Assembly (NCBI GenBank): GCA_046051225.1
Contig: JBJOOR010000009.1
Span: 40,835-104,834, forward strand
Direction: 5' to 3'
Source: Bacteroidota bacterium
GTDB taxonomy: Bacteria; Bacteroidota; Bacteroidia; Chitinophagales; CAIODY01
DNA: 64,000 nucleotides
Made by a program: the position numbers and the translations under genes. A model generated the notes under the pieces. It did no database searches. It had not been told where the DNA came from and saw only the letters and a program-made list of their open reading frames with translations. Positions 49,676-58,920 of this stretch are shown piece by piece. Within the stretch, counting starts at the first letter, position 1. Each line of letters begins with the position of its first letter.

Positions 49676-51166
49676 ATGACAACAAGATTTTTACTTTTAG
49701 TTTCTGCTGTTTTTATTTGCTTTGGTTTTAAAGCAAATGCTGCTTTGGTTGAAGTTCATGTAACTCATGCTGTGTTTCATCGCCCATCTAGTAATGAAAG
49801 CTATGTTGAATCGTATTTTTCAATTAATCCGCAAACATTATCTTATAAAAAGCAAAGTGATTCATCATATCAGGCTAGTTTAATTATTACAATGCTTTTT
49901 AAAAATGAAAAAAATGAAATTATTCATTTTGATAAATTTGAACTTAAATCGCCAAAGTATAAAACTATATCGGCTATTGCGGCTGATGAACAAGCATTTT
50001 TAAGCGAACGGCGCAATGCTTTGGCAAAAGGTAATTACACTATTGATATTGAAGTGGTAAATGATAAACTTACTACATCGGCTTCTGAAAAATTGAAAAT
50101 AGAATTAAACGAAACAAAATATTCATTTTCGAATATTGAACTTTTAGATACATTTTATGAAAATAAAACTATATCTGCTTTTAGTCGTGGCAATGTTGAT
50201 TTAATACCATCTGTAATTAATTATTTTCCTTCGTTTAAAAATCAGATGCATTTTTATACTGAATTATATTCGCCAAAAGGTGCTGAAATTAAGGGCAAAA
50301 TATTGCTTCAATATGCTATTGTGAAAAAAGAAAATGGTAAAGTTATGGATGAGTTTTCAAACTCGTTTGCTGTTGAAATGGCAAATTTAACACCCATACT
50401 TAACTCGGTTGATATTTCGAAATTGCAAAGTGGTAATTATGAATTTCAAATTCAAGCTTTAAGCCGTGGCAATGAGATATTGGCTAAGGCATCTATCAAT
50501 TTTCAACGTAGTAAATTAAATAGAAATTTGAATTGGCAACTAAATGATACATTGGCTATGGTATCTAAAACGGATGTGCAAAATACTTTTGTAAATCAAT
50601 TTACGATGGATGAAATTCAAAAGCGGCTAACTACTTTATACCCAGTTGCTAATGCTGCCGAAACGGGTTATATTGATAATCTTTTAAAAGATAAGAAAGA
50701 AAACAATATGAAAATGTTTTATTACAATTTTTGGGTAAATCGTAATCCCGAAAATCCGATTGCTGCCTATACCGAATATGAAACGCAATTAATGCTGGTA
50801 AACAATGCTTTTGGATTATCTTTTAAATATGGTTTTGAAACATCAAGGGGGAGGGTGTATTTGCAATATGGCGCTCCTAATTCTATTAATAAATCTACCC
50901 AATCAAGCGATATGCTGCCGTATGAAATTTGGGAATATTATGCTATCGGTAATCAAAAAAATGTAAAATTTGTATTTTATGCCAAAGACCGTTCTACAAA
51001 TGATTATGAACTGGCATATAGCAATAAAAGGGGTGAAGTGGGCGATCCTGATTGGCTATCCAAAATTCAAAACTTACCTGCCAATACAGATTTAGATAAC
51101 AATACGTATAATAAAAACGTGGGTAATACATTTGATAGAGATTTTAATCAATCTATTATAAAATAA
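49676..51166 (+). CDS. GWxTD domain-containing secreted protein
   Basis: Signal peptide, then C-terminal GFETSRGRVYLQYGAPNSI ... PYEIWEY resembling the GWxTD domain. Confidence 0.55.
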   Translation: MTTRFLLLVSAVFICFGFKANAALVEVHVTHAVFHRPSSNESYVESYFSINPQTLSYKKQSDSSYQASLIITMLFKNEKNEIIHFDKFELKSPKYKTISAIAADEQAFLSERRNALAKGNYTIDIEVVNDKLTTSASEKLKIELNETKYSFSNIELLDTFYENKTISAFSRGNVDLIPSVINYFPSFKNQMHFYTELYSPKGAEIKGKILLQYAIVKKENGKVMDEFSNSFAVEMANLTPILNSVDISKLQSGNYEFQIQALSRGNEILAKASINFQRSKLNRNLNWQLNDTLAMVSKTDVQNTFVNQFTMDEIQKRLTTLYPVANAAETGYIDNLLKDKKENNMKMFYYNFWVNRNPENPIAAYTEYETQLMLVNNAFGLSFKYGFETSRGRVYLQYGAPNSINKSTQSSDMLPYEIWEYYAIGNQKNVKFVFYAKDRSTNDYELAYSNKRGEVGDPDWLSKIQNLPANTDLDNNTYNKNVGNTFDRDFNQSIIK

Positions 51167-51170
51167 TCCA

Positions 51171-51569
51171 ATGGCAACTATTTTTTCGAAAATAATTAAG
51201 GGTGAAATACCTTGTTATAAAATAGCCGAAGATGAAAATCATTTAGCTTTTTTAGATATTAACCCTTTAGCTAAAGGGCATACCTTGGTAATTACAAAAA
51301 CCGAGAATGATTATATTTTTGATTTAGATGATACTTCGTTATTGGCTTTACATTTATTTTCAAAACGAGTGGCAATTGCGCTTAAAAAAAGTATGGTTTG
51401 TAAGCGAATTGGTATGGCAGTAATTGGATTTGAGGTACCACATACACATATTCATTTAATACCAATGAATGATGCCAGCGATATGAATTTTGCCAATCCT
51501 ACTTTAAAGCTTGATGCTATCGAAATGGCAACTATTGCTAATACGGTAGTCGCCCAATTTGTGATTTAG
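51171..51569 (+). CDS. HIT family protein
   Basis: Histidine triad HTHIHLIP. Confidence 0.9.
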   Translation: MATIFSKIIKGEIPCYKIAEDENHLAFLDINPLAKGHTLVITKTENDYIFDLDDTSLLALHLFSKRVAIALKKSMVCKRIGMAVIGFEVPHTHIHLIPMNDASDMNFANPTLKLDAIEMATIANTVVAQFVI

Positions 51570-51689
51570 TAATTTGGTTTGTGCACGGTTTAGCCAAGGA
51601 TGGTGTTCGCTTGAAGAGCTTTTAATTCACTACTCCATTTTTTATTCATTTGTAGAACAAACTATTGTAACGGTTAGTATCGAAGATAA

Positions 51690-52553
51690 TTATATATCTA
51701 TAACATTCACTTTTTCCCAAAGCATTATCGTTTCCACAGTTTCTTTTACATCATGCACTCTTAAAATGTTTGCGCCATTTTGTAATGCAATAGTGTTTAA
51801 AACTGTAGTTCCATTTAATGCCTTATCGGCTGTGGTTTGTAACGTTTTGTAAATCATTGATTTTCGTGAAAGCCCTGCTAAAATAGGTTTATTTAGTACT
51901 TCAAATTCTTTCATGCATTTTAATAATTCAAAATTTTGTTCTGTAGTTTTTGCAAAACCAAAACCCAAATCAATAATTATATTTTCAAAATCAAGTTGTT
52001 TTAATTCATTTATCTTTTGATGAAAATAATGTAATATATCATCTACCAAATTATCGTAAGTTGTAAATGATTGCATAGTTTGTGGTGTGCCTCGGCTATG
52101 CATCAACACATAAGCTGCTTTTGTGTTAGCAATGGTTTTAAACATGTCAGCATCCATACTTCCACCCGAAATGTCATTAATCATATTTGCGCCGCAATCA
52201 ATAGTTGCTTGTGCTACTTTCGAATAAAAAGTATCTACCGAAATAATAATTTCAGGAAATTGTTTTCTGATATTTTTAACTACAGGCAATACTCTTTTTA
52301 ATTCATCATCTACCAAAATTAATTCGGCATTTGGTCGGGTTGATTGCCCACCAATATCAATAATAGCAGCACCATCTTGTATCATTTTTTCGGCTACTGA
52401 TAAATATTCTTTATCATCGCCCACTCTACTATTTTCATAAAACGAATCGGGTGTAATATTCAAAATGCCCATTACCACAGGCTTTTGCAGCCATAGTGTT
52501 TTACCATTACAGGATAAAGTTTTTGAATAATTAGTTAATGAATTGTGCAACAT
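51690..52553 (-). CDS. folP: dihydropteroate synthase
   Basis: GILNITPDSF, DIGGQSTRP and NDISGG motifs. Start placed at the ATG at 52553 because the ORF-track TTG at 52589 overlaps the putative -7 box. Confidence 0.9.
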   Translation of the reverse strand: MLHNSLTNYSKTLSCNGKTLWLQKPVVMGILNITPDSFYENSRVGDDKEYLSVAEKMIQDGAAIIDIGGQSTRPNAELILVDDELKRVLPVVKNIRKQFPEIIISVDTFYSKVAQATIDCGANMINDISGGSMDADMFKTIANTKAAYVLMHSRGTPQTMQSFTTYDNLVDDILHYFHQKINELKQLDFENIIIDLGFGFAKTTEQNFELLKCMKEFEVLNKPILAGLSRKSMIYKTLQTTADKALNGTTVLNTIALQNGANILRVHDVKETVETIMLWEKVNVIDI

Positions 52554-52577
52554 TCTATTTTTAATAAATCTGTTATA

Positions 52578-52585
52578 TATCTTTG
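52578..52585 (+). promoter_or_regulatory. -7 promoter box TATCTTTG for the DUF1599 gene
   Basis: TAnnTTTG match 28 nt upstream of the ATG at 52614. Confidence 0.45.
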
Positions 52586-52586
52586 G

Positions 52587-52594
52587 CAAAGCTA
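52587..52594 (-). promoter_or_regulatory. -7 promoter box TAGCTTTG for folP (minus strand)
   Basis: The reverse complement of CAAAGCTA is a TAnnTTTG match, 33 nt upstream of the ATG at 52553. It sits back-to-back with the plus-strand box. Confidence 0.4.
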
Positions 52595-52613
52595 AATATT
52601 AGCAACCTAATTA

Positions 52614-53156
52614 ATGGAAAAAACAATTCAACAATATAATAAGGCTGTTGGCGATTGCGCAAAGATATTTTTATTAAAAACAAAAGATTATGGCACTGCT
52701 TGGCGCATACTTCGTACATCAAGCATTACCGACCAAATTTTTATTAAAGCCAATCGCATTCGTACTATTCAAGAAAATGGCGAACAAAAAATTAATGAAG
52801 GAATTGAATCTGAATTTGTGGGTATTGTAAATTATGCTGTGATTGGATTGATGCAGTTAGAAATGAAAAGTGAAGAAAGAATGGAATTGCCTTATGCCGA
52901 AGTTGAACAACGATTTAATAAAGTAATTGATGATGCAAAATCATTAATGAATAATAAAAATACTGATTATGGGGAAGCTTGGCGCAGCATGAGAGTAAGC
53001 AGTATTACAGATTTGATATTGATGAAAATTTATCGCATACGCCAAATTGAAGACAATAAAGGCAAAACATTAATTAGCGAAGGCATTGATGCATCGTATT
53101 TTGATATTATTAATTACGCCATTTTTGCTTTGATATTGATGAGTGAAGAGAAGTAA
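52614..53156 (+). CDS. DUF1599 domain-containing protein
   Basis: Internal duplication of DYG.AWR..R.SSITD....K..RI. Confidence 0.7.
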   Translation: MEKTIQQYNKAVGDCAKIFLLKTKDYGTAWRILRTSSITDQIFIKANRIRTIQENGEQKINEGIESEFVGIVNYAVIGLMQLEMKSEERMELPYAEVEQRFNKVIDDAKSLMNNKNTDYGEAWRSMRVSSITDLILMKIYRIRQIEDNKGKTLISEGIDASYFDIINYAIFALILMSEEK

Positions 53157-53169
53157 TACAAATACATTT

Positions 53170-53223
53170 TTACCACATAGGTTTTATTGAAGAACGTTGA
53201 ATTAATGTTGTGGTAATTTTTTG
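53170..53223 (+). terminator. stem-loop plus T-run after the DUF1599 gene; degenerate member of the GAACGTT palindrome family
   Basis: TTACCACA (53170-53177) pairs with TGTGGTAA (53209-53216), followed by TTTTTT. The loop centre contains GAACGTTG. Confidence 0.6.
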
Positions 53224-53335
53224 TTTTACAATAAATTTGAAATAAGAAAAGATAGAAAACAGAGGAAGCTGTGCTTCGAATACGAATAAAGTTTTAAACT
53301 AATAACAAGTAACCATTAACCAATAACTTTTTACC

Positions 53336-54451
53336 ATGAGATTCATCATTCAATTTTTTAGAATAATAGTAGGCGCATTGTTTTTATTCAGCGGCGCTAT
53401 TAAAGCCAACGACCCAATGGGTACGAGTTATAAACTGCAAGAATATTTTACCGTATTCCACATGGGTTTTTTAAATGGCATTACCGATTATCTTTCAATT
53501 GCATTTTGTGGATTAGAAATAGCTTTAGGTTTTGCTTTGTTAATAGGTGCATTTAGTCGCATAACTACGTTAGCATTAACGGGCTTGATTATATTTTTTA
53601 CTTGGCTTACTGGCTACTCTGCCATGACAGGTAAAGTAACCGACTGTGGCTGCTTTGGCGATTTTATTCACCTTGAACCTACCACATCATTTTATAAAGA
53701 TATTGTATTACTAGTTTTATCAATTGTGTTATTGTTGGGCAGAGATACCATTAAACCATTGTTTGCTGGCAAATGGAATAATTTTGTTTTGGTGTTGTTA
53801 GTTGGTGCATCTTTCTTTTTGCCAATATGGGCGTTTATGCATTTGCCTGTGATAGATATGTTGGCTTATAAACCTGGTAATAATATTAAAGAAAAAATGA
53901 CTTTGCCACCTAATGCAAAACAAACTATTGTAAAAACTGTATTCATTTGTAAGAATAAAAAAACAGGCGCTGTTGAAGAAATGGCTTCGGAAGATTATGT
54001 AAAAAAATATCAAGATTACGATTACATGGATAGAAAAGATAAAGTAATTCAACAAGGTGATAAGCCCGAAATACATGACTTTGTGATATTTGATGATAAC
54101 AACCGCCAAGTGCAAGATAGTTTATTAAGCATTCCTACTTATTGTTTTTGGGTGGTGGTATATGATGTTACAGATGCCAACAAATCATGTTTTACAAAAA
54201 TAAATGCATTGGTAAAAAATTGCGATGCACAGCATATTCCAGTAATTGGTTTAACCCATAGCGATTATAAAACTGCCGAACCATTTAGGCACGATGTGCA
54301 AGCAGCATTTCCGTTTTATTATGCAGGCGATGATAAATTTGTAAAGACCATGATGAGAAGTAGCCCAGGTATTATGCTAATGAAAAATGGAATTGTAATT
54401 AAAAAATGGCATTATAATGATGTGCCCACTTACGACGAAGCAATTCGATAA
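53336..54451 (+). CDS. DoxX-like membrane domain fused to a thioredoxin-like C-terminal domain (BT_3928-like)
   Basis: N-terminal ~170 aa with four TM helices of DoxX type (FRIIVGALFLFSGAIKAND) and a soluble C-terminal domain. Confidence 0.6.
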   Translation: MRFIIQFFRIIVGALFLFSGAIKANDPMGTSYKLQEYFTVFHMGFLNGITDYLSIAFCGLEIALGFALLIGAFSRITTLALTGLIIFFTWLTGYSAMTGKVTDCGCFGDFIHLEPTTSFYKDIVLLVLSIVLLLGRDTIKPLFAGKWNNFVLVLLVGASFFLPIWAFMHLPVIDMLAYKPGNNIKEKMTLPPNAKQTIVKTVFICKNKKTGAVEEMASEDYVKKYQDYDYMDRKDKVIQQGDKPEIHDFVIFDDNNRQVQDSLLSIPTYCFWVVVYDVTDANKSCFTKINALVKNCDAQHIPVIGLTHSDYKTAEPFRHDVQAAFPFYYAGDDKFVKTMMRSSPGIMLMKNGIVIKKWHYNDVPTYDEAIR

Positions 54452-54456
54452 ATCAA

Positions 54457-54545
54457 CTTCTTCGAAAAATACCATTCTTCTCTCCCGAACGTTCGGGAAG
54501 GAGAAGATAAAAATGAGGTCATTCTATAAGCATTTTTCGAAGAAG
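54457..54545. repeat. 89-bp nested palindromic element
   Basis: Perfect 14-bp outer arms CTTCTTCGAAAAAT (54457-54470) and ATTTTTCGAAGAAG (54532-54545). Inner imperfect hairpin at 54475-54507 centred on CCCGAACGTTCGGG. Confidence 0.8.
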
Positions 54546-54561
54546 TATAATATTATTCTAC

Positions 54562-55227
54562 ATGATTATGATTAAAAAAATAGTATGTGTGGCATTATGC
54601 ATAGCTACACTAAGCGCTGGGGCAAAGCCCAAAAGCATTGGCATACAAGGCGGCATGAATTATAGCAATATGTATTCACCATTTAATTTATCGCCAGCGT
54701 TATCAAATAATTTTGCTATTACGATTCAAAAATATAAAAACAAATATGTGTTTTTTGAAACAGGTTTAGCATTAGATAAAGCTGCTGTAATCAGTAAATT
54801 AATAACCGACCCACAAGGAAATGTAATTCCAAACGCCGAAATTACTACTACCTCATCTTATATTTCTGTACCATTAATTGTAGGTTTTAAAACGGGTGGA
54901 AAGTTTTTCATTTATACAAAATTAGGTGTAACGCCTTCTGTTTTTTTATCGTGGAATGATAAAGCAAATACAGATAATACAAATATTGATTTAAGTAATT
55001 TTAAATTTAATTTCAAATATTCGCCATCGTTAAAAATTAGCCCAACTGCCGAAGTAGGCTTTGGTAAAATGTTTGGTAGTCGTTTTGCCATTACAGCTGG
55101 CACAAAAGTTAATTATCAACTATTTTCAGTGTATGATAAATCAATTATTGTTACTGATGGAAAATATTTTTATAAAAGTTTAAGTGCAAATATTGGCCTT
55201 CATTTTTTTATTAAAAGAATGGAGTAA
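54562..55227 (+). CDS. outer membrane beta-barrel protein
   Basis: Signal peptide, alternating-hydrophobic beta-strand pattern, and a C-terminal aromatic-rich strand (NIGLHFFI). Confidence 0.6.
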   Translation: MIMIKKIVCVALCIATLSAGAKPKSIGIQGGMNYSNMYSPFNLSPALSNNFAITIQKYKNKYVFFETGLALDKAAVISKLITDPQGNVIPNAEITTTSSYISVPLIVGFKTGGKFFIYTKLGVTPSVFLSWNDKANTDNTNIDLSNFKFNFKYSPSLKISPTAEVGFGKMFGSRFAITAGTKVNYQLFSVYDKSIIVTDGKYFYKSLSANIGLHFFIKRME

Positions 55228-55275
55228 AATAAAACGCTATTTGATCATCACCTTTTCAAATTTTGTATAATGAAA

Positions 55276-56946
55276 TTATACAGCTTTTTTTAAGGTTATC
55301 TCATCAACTATCACAATTGGCTTATTTACTCCATCATATTGAAAAATAAGATTAAAATTACCCCATTCAATTTTATTGTTTTCAATTAATTCATTGTAAT
55401 TAAATGATATTGGAATTGCAATAAATCTAAATTTATGCAAATTTAAATGGAGTTGATGTATTAAAATATTTTTTTCATTTTTTGGCAAATCTTCTATATA
55501 TAAAATTTGTGGTTTTACTTTGTTTTGCAAATAATAATCAATAGCAATCAGCTCTTTCAGTATTTTGTCTTCAGCAAAATTGGTGGTTGCATAATGAAAA
55601 ACGATATCATAAATATCTTTCAACGAATATTTATGAAAGCTTTTTTGTGTAGCAAAATAATTGCCTAAGCCTAATAAAAAATCGAAAATGCTGTAATTTT
55701 CGGTAACATATTTAAGTGTGTTTACAATCCGTTTTTTATTCCAATAAATTTCTAAAGCATTTTCGGCAACGGTTACTTGCTGCAATTCATGTTCGGATAA
55801 ATATTTGCTTTTAATAATTTGATAAGGTGGCATTGGGTCGAAAACATAATCATGCTGTGTATGTTTTTGGCGTACTGGTGTACCTTTTAAAAATTTCAAA
55901 AATCCTAATTGCAATTCGGGTGGATATAGCTTAAAAACCTCTTCAAAGCTGTATTTTATATCTTCCCAATAATCTAAAGGCAAGCCCACAATTAAATCTA
56001 AATGCATTTCAATCTTGTCTTTCAAGTTCAAAATTACACCTTTTGTTTTATCAAAATTTTGCTTTCGGCTTACTTCTAAATTTGCTTTTTGATTTACTGT
56101 TTGAATACCAATTTCAAACCTAAATAATCCTTTCGGAATTTTATCATGAATAAACTGCATGATATCTGGGTGTAAAATATCGGCAGTAATTTCAAATTGA
56201 AAAACATTTTCGGGGCTATGATTATCTAAAATAAATTGAAAAATATCAATCGTAAAATCACGTTTCACATTAAATGTTCTATCCAAAAATTTAATTACTC
56301 TGCCATGTTTCATCAAATAAAATAAATTCGATTTTATATTTTCGATGGGCAAATACCTAACTTTATTATCTAAGCTGGCCAAGCAAAACTCACATTTATA
56401 GGGGCATCCACGAGATGTTTCGATATATAAAACTCTGTTTTTTAATTCTTCAGGTTTATCATCAATATAAGGGTTTATCGAAGCATAATTTTCTAATTCA
56501 AACATTACATTTTGAGGATTGTAATGCACTTCGCCATCTGTTTTCGAAATTAAATTAGGTACATTTTTTACATCGGGATATGATTTTAAAAAATCGGAAA
56601 ACGGAATTTCGCCTTCGCCAGTTATAATAAAATCAATATTTTCATTGGTAATAATTTCTTGCCATTCGTAGCTCACTTCGGGGCCACCCAGCATAATTTT
56701 TATAGCAGGATTTAATGCTTTTATTTTTCGGGCTACTTCTAAAGTTGGTGTAATATTCCATATATAACAGCTGAAACATACTAGATCAAAGGCTTTGCAT
56801 TGCTCGGCTATTTTGTCTCTATCTTCATTTATCGTAAATTCTTTCCAAGCCAATCCTTCATGGTTTTTATTTAATTGATACATTAATCTAATCGCTAAAT
56901 TAATATGAATGTATTTGGCATTAAGGGTTGTAAGTAAAATTTGCAT
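55276..56946 (-). CDS. B12-binding domain radical SAM protein (DUF4080-type C-terminus)
   Basis: Radical SAM cluster SRGCPYKCEFC preceded by a Rossmann-like B12-binding N-terminal domain. Confidence 0.85.
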   Translation of the reverse strand: MQILLTTLNAKYIHINLAIRLMYQLNKNHEGLAWKEFTINEDRDKIAEQCKAFDLVCFSCYIWNITPTLEVARKIKALNPAIKIMLGGPEVSYEWQEIITNENIDFIITGEGEIPFSDFLKSYPDVKNVPNLISKTDGEVHYNPQNVMFELENYASINPYIDDKPEELKNRVLYIETSRGCPYKCEFCLASLDNKVRYLPIENIKSNLFYLMKHGRVIKFLDRTFNVKRDFTIDIFQFILDNHSPENVFQFEITADILHPDIMQFIHDKIPKGLFRFEIGIQTVNQKANLEVSRKQNFDKTKGVILNLKDKIEMHLDLIVGLPLDYWEDIKYSFEEVFKLYPPELQLGFLKFLKGTPVRQKHTQHDYVFDPMPPYQIIKSKYLSEHELQQVTVAENALEIYWNKKRIVNTLKYVTENYSIFDFLLGLGNYFATQKSFHKYSLKDIYDIVFHYATTNFAEDKILKELIAIDYYLQNKVKPQILYIEDLPKNEKNILIHQLHLNLHKFRFIAIPISFNYNELIENNKIEWGNFNLIFQYDGVNKPIVIVDEITLKKAV

Positions 56947-57032
56947 TAAAAAGTTTCTTTGTTTTCAAAGATAATTTCAGAAAGTGGAATAAAAAATTTA
57001 AAGCCTTTAATATTCAGTTGATTCAATTAAAT

Positions 57033-57040
57033 TATCTTTG
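57033..57040 (+). promoter_or_regulatory. -7 promoter box TATCTTTG
   Basis: TAnnTTTG match 44 nt upstream of the aspartate kinase ATG. Confidence 0.5.
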
Positions 57041-57084
57041 CAAAAAAATAGTTCTATAAAATTTTAATTCGGGGGAAAAACAAA

Positions 57085-58335
57085 ATGATTCAAGTTTTTA
57101 AATTCGGGGGGGCTTCGGTTAGGGATGCAAATAGTATAAAAAATGTATCCTCCATTATTTCAAAATATTCTTCAAAACCTTTATTAGTAGTAGTCTCGGC
57201 ATTAGGTAAAACAACCAATGCTATTGAAAAAATAACGCAACATTGGTTTAAAAAAGATACCACAACTGCCATTGTATTGTTACAGCAATTAAAGCAAACT
57301 CATCTTCAAATAATAAAAGATTTGGAATTAGATGAAACCATTATTGATGATTTATGTAAACAATTGGAAGATAAATTAAATCAATCGCCATTTACTATCT
57401 ACGATTTTTATTACGACCAAATGGTAAGTTTTGGCGAATTATTATCTACCACAATTGTAACAGCATATCTGCAAAAATGCAGTATTAATGCGCATTGGAT
57501 GGATGCAAGAACATTAATAAAAACGGATGCTAACTATCGTGATGTAAATATTTTATGGACAGAAACCGAAAAAAATGTAACCCATAATTTGTTGCCTTTA
57601 TTAAATGAAAATAAAATTATTATCACACAAGGTTTTATAGGTTCAACCAAAGAAAATTTCAGCACTACATTGGGCAGAGAAGGCTCGGATTATTCAGCTT
57701 CCATTTTTAGTTATTGCTTAAATGCTGAATCAATGAGCATTTGGAAAGATGTACCAGGGGTGATGAATGCCGACCCTAAACAATTTGCTGATGCTGAAAT
57801 TATTTCAGAATTAAGCTATTACGAATCGATAGAAATGACATTTTATGGAGCAAAAGTGATACACCCCAAAACCATAAAACCAATTCAGAATAAAAAAATT
57901 CCATTACATGTAAGATCGTTTATTGATACGGATAAAATGGGAACTATCATTTCTGAAACGGATAAATTTATTCCTTATCCAGCTATTAAAGTTTTAAAAG
58001 AAAATCAGGTTTTGATGAGTATTCAAACCCGTGATTTTTCATTTATTGGTGAAAAACATTTACAAAAAATATTCGAAGTATTTGCTACTTACCGTATTAG
58101 AATGAATGTGATGCAAAATGGTGCTATCAGCTTTAGTTGCTGCGTTGATGCCAACGACAGAATAAACGAAGCGGTAGATGCTTTACATTTTGAATTTAAA
58201 GTATTGCTTAATGAAGGTTTAGAATTGGCTACCATTAGGCATTACAACGATTCAACAATTGCAGAATTAATCAGCGGAAAAGAAATTTTGGTAGAACAAA
58301 AATCACGACATACCATTCAGTTTGTGTTGAAATAG
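57085..58335 (+). CDS. aspartate kinase
   Basis: N-terminal VFKFGGASV and GREGSDYSA motifs, with C-terminal ACT-like repeats. Confidence 0.9.
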   Translation: MIQVFKFGGASVRDANSIKNVSSIISKYSSKPLLVVVSALGKTTNAIEKITQHWFKKDTTTAIVLLQQLKQTHLQIIKDLELDETIIDDLCKQLEDKLNQSPFTIYDFYYDQMVSFGELLSTTIVTAYLQKCSINAHWMDARTLIKTDANYRDVNILWTETEKNVTHNLLPLLNENKIIITQGFIGSTKENFSTTLGREGSDYSASIFSYCLNAESMSIWKDVPGVMNADPKQFADAEIISELSYYESIEMTFYGAKVIHPKTIKPIQNKKIPLHVRSFIDTDKMGTIISETDKFIPYPAIKVLKENQVLMSIQTRDFSFIGEKHLQKIFEVFATYRIRMNVMQNGAISFSCCVDANDRINEAVDALHFEFKVLLNEGLELATIRHYNDSTIAELISGKEILVEQKSRHTIQFVLK

Positions 58336-58345
58336 TACCGATAAA

Positions 58346-58792
58346 TTATTCTGTTACTAATTTATTTACACTACGATAAACAAATTCGGTAAAAATATGA
58401 CGACGGGCAAAACGAGCTTGTGCAGGCGCATTCACCAATTTTACATAAATAGCTTTAGGTACGTCAAAATATTCATAACTATTTCCATCGGTAAATGTTA
58501 CAGTTAATTTTTGACTTTTTAATTGAAAATCTTCAATGCCAGCCACATTAATTGTTTGATTATATTGCTCTAAACCTGCTGCAATAGTTTCGGGTGCTAT
58601 GCTTACCAAAAAATGATACGCCTCAATTATTAGCTTACTTTTCTCCTCGGCTGCCAATTTTCCAGGTTCATCATTTGCAAATTTATCAGGATGGCAATCC
58701 TTCATTGCATTTCGATAAATGGTTTTTAACTCCTTTAATTCTGCGTCTTTTGTTACTGATAAAAGCTTTCTATAATCGTCAATTAATTTCAT
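58346..58792 (-). CDS. J-domain plus KTSC-domain protein
   Basis: J-domain YRKLLSV...LKTIYRNAMKDCHPDKF and a C-terminal KTSC-like TVTFTDGNSYEYFDVP. Start set at the ATG at 58792, because the longer ORF to 58900 runs to within a few nt of the lepA -7 box. Confidence 0.7.
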   Translation of the reverse strand: MKLIDDYRKLLSVTKDAELKELKTIYRNAMKDCHPDKFANDEPGKLAAEEKSKLIIEAYHFLVSIAPETIAAGLEQYNQTINVAGIEDFQLKSQKLTVTFTDGNSYEYFDVPKAIYVKLVNAPAQARFARRHIFTEFVYRSVNKLVTE

Positions 58793-58905
58793 AATGGCGG
58801 CAAAGGTAAATTTTTTATTTGTGAATTTGAAAGGTTCAGCTATCATTTCATTAAAATTGATTACAAATAACCTATCCCAATTCAACAAAATTTGCTTCAA
58901 AAATC

Positions 58906-58913
58906 TATCTTTG
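58906..58913 (+). promoter_or_regulatory. -7 promoter box TATCTTTG immediately upstream of lepA
   Basis: TAnnTTTG match ending 7 nt before the lepA ATG. Confidence 0.45.
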
Positions 58914-58920
58914 CGCCCGA

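Noticed and set aside
51574-51852. 92-aa plus-strand ORF after the HIT gene
   Set aside because: It starts with TTG, overlaps the 3' end of folP on the opposite strand, and has no recognisable features.
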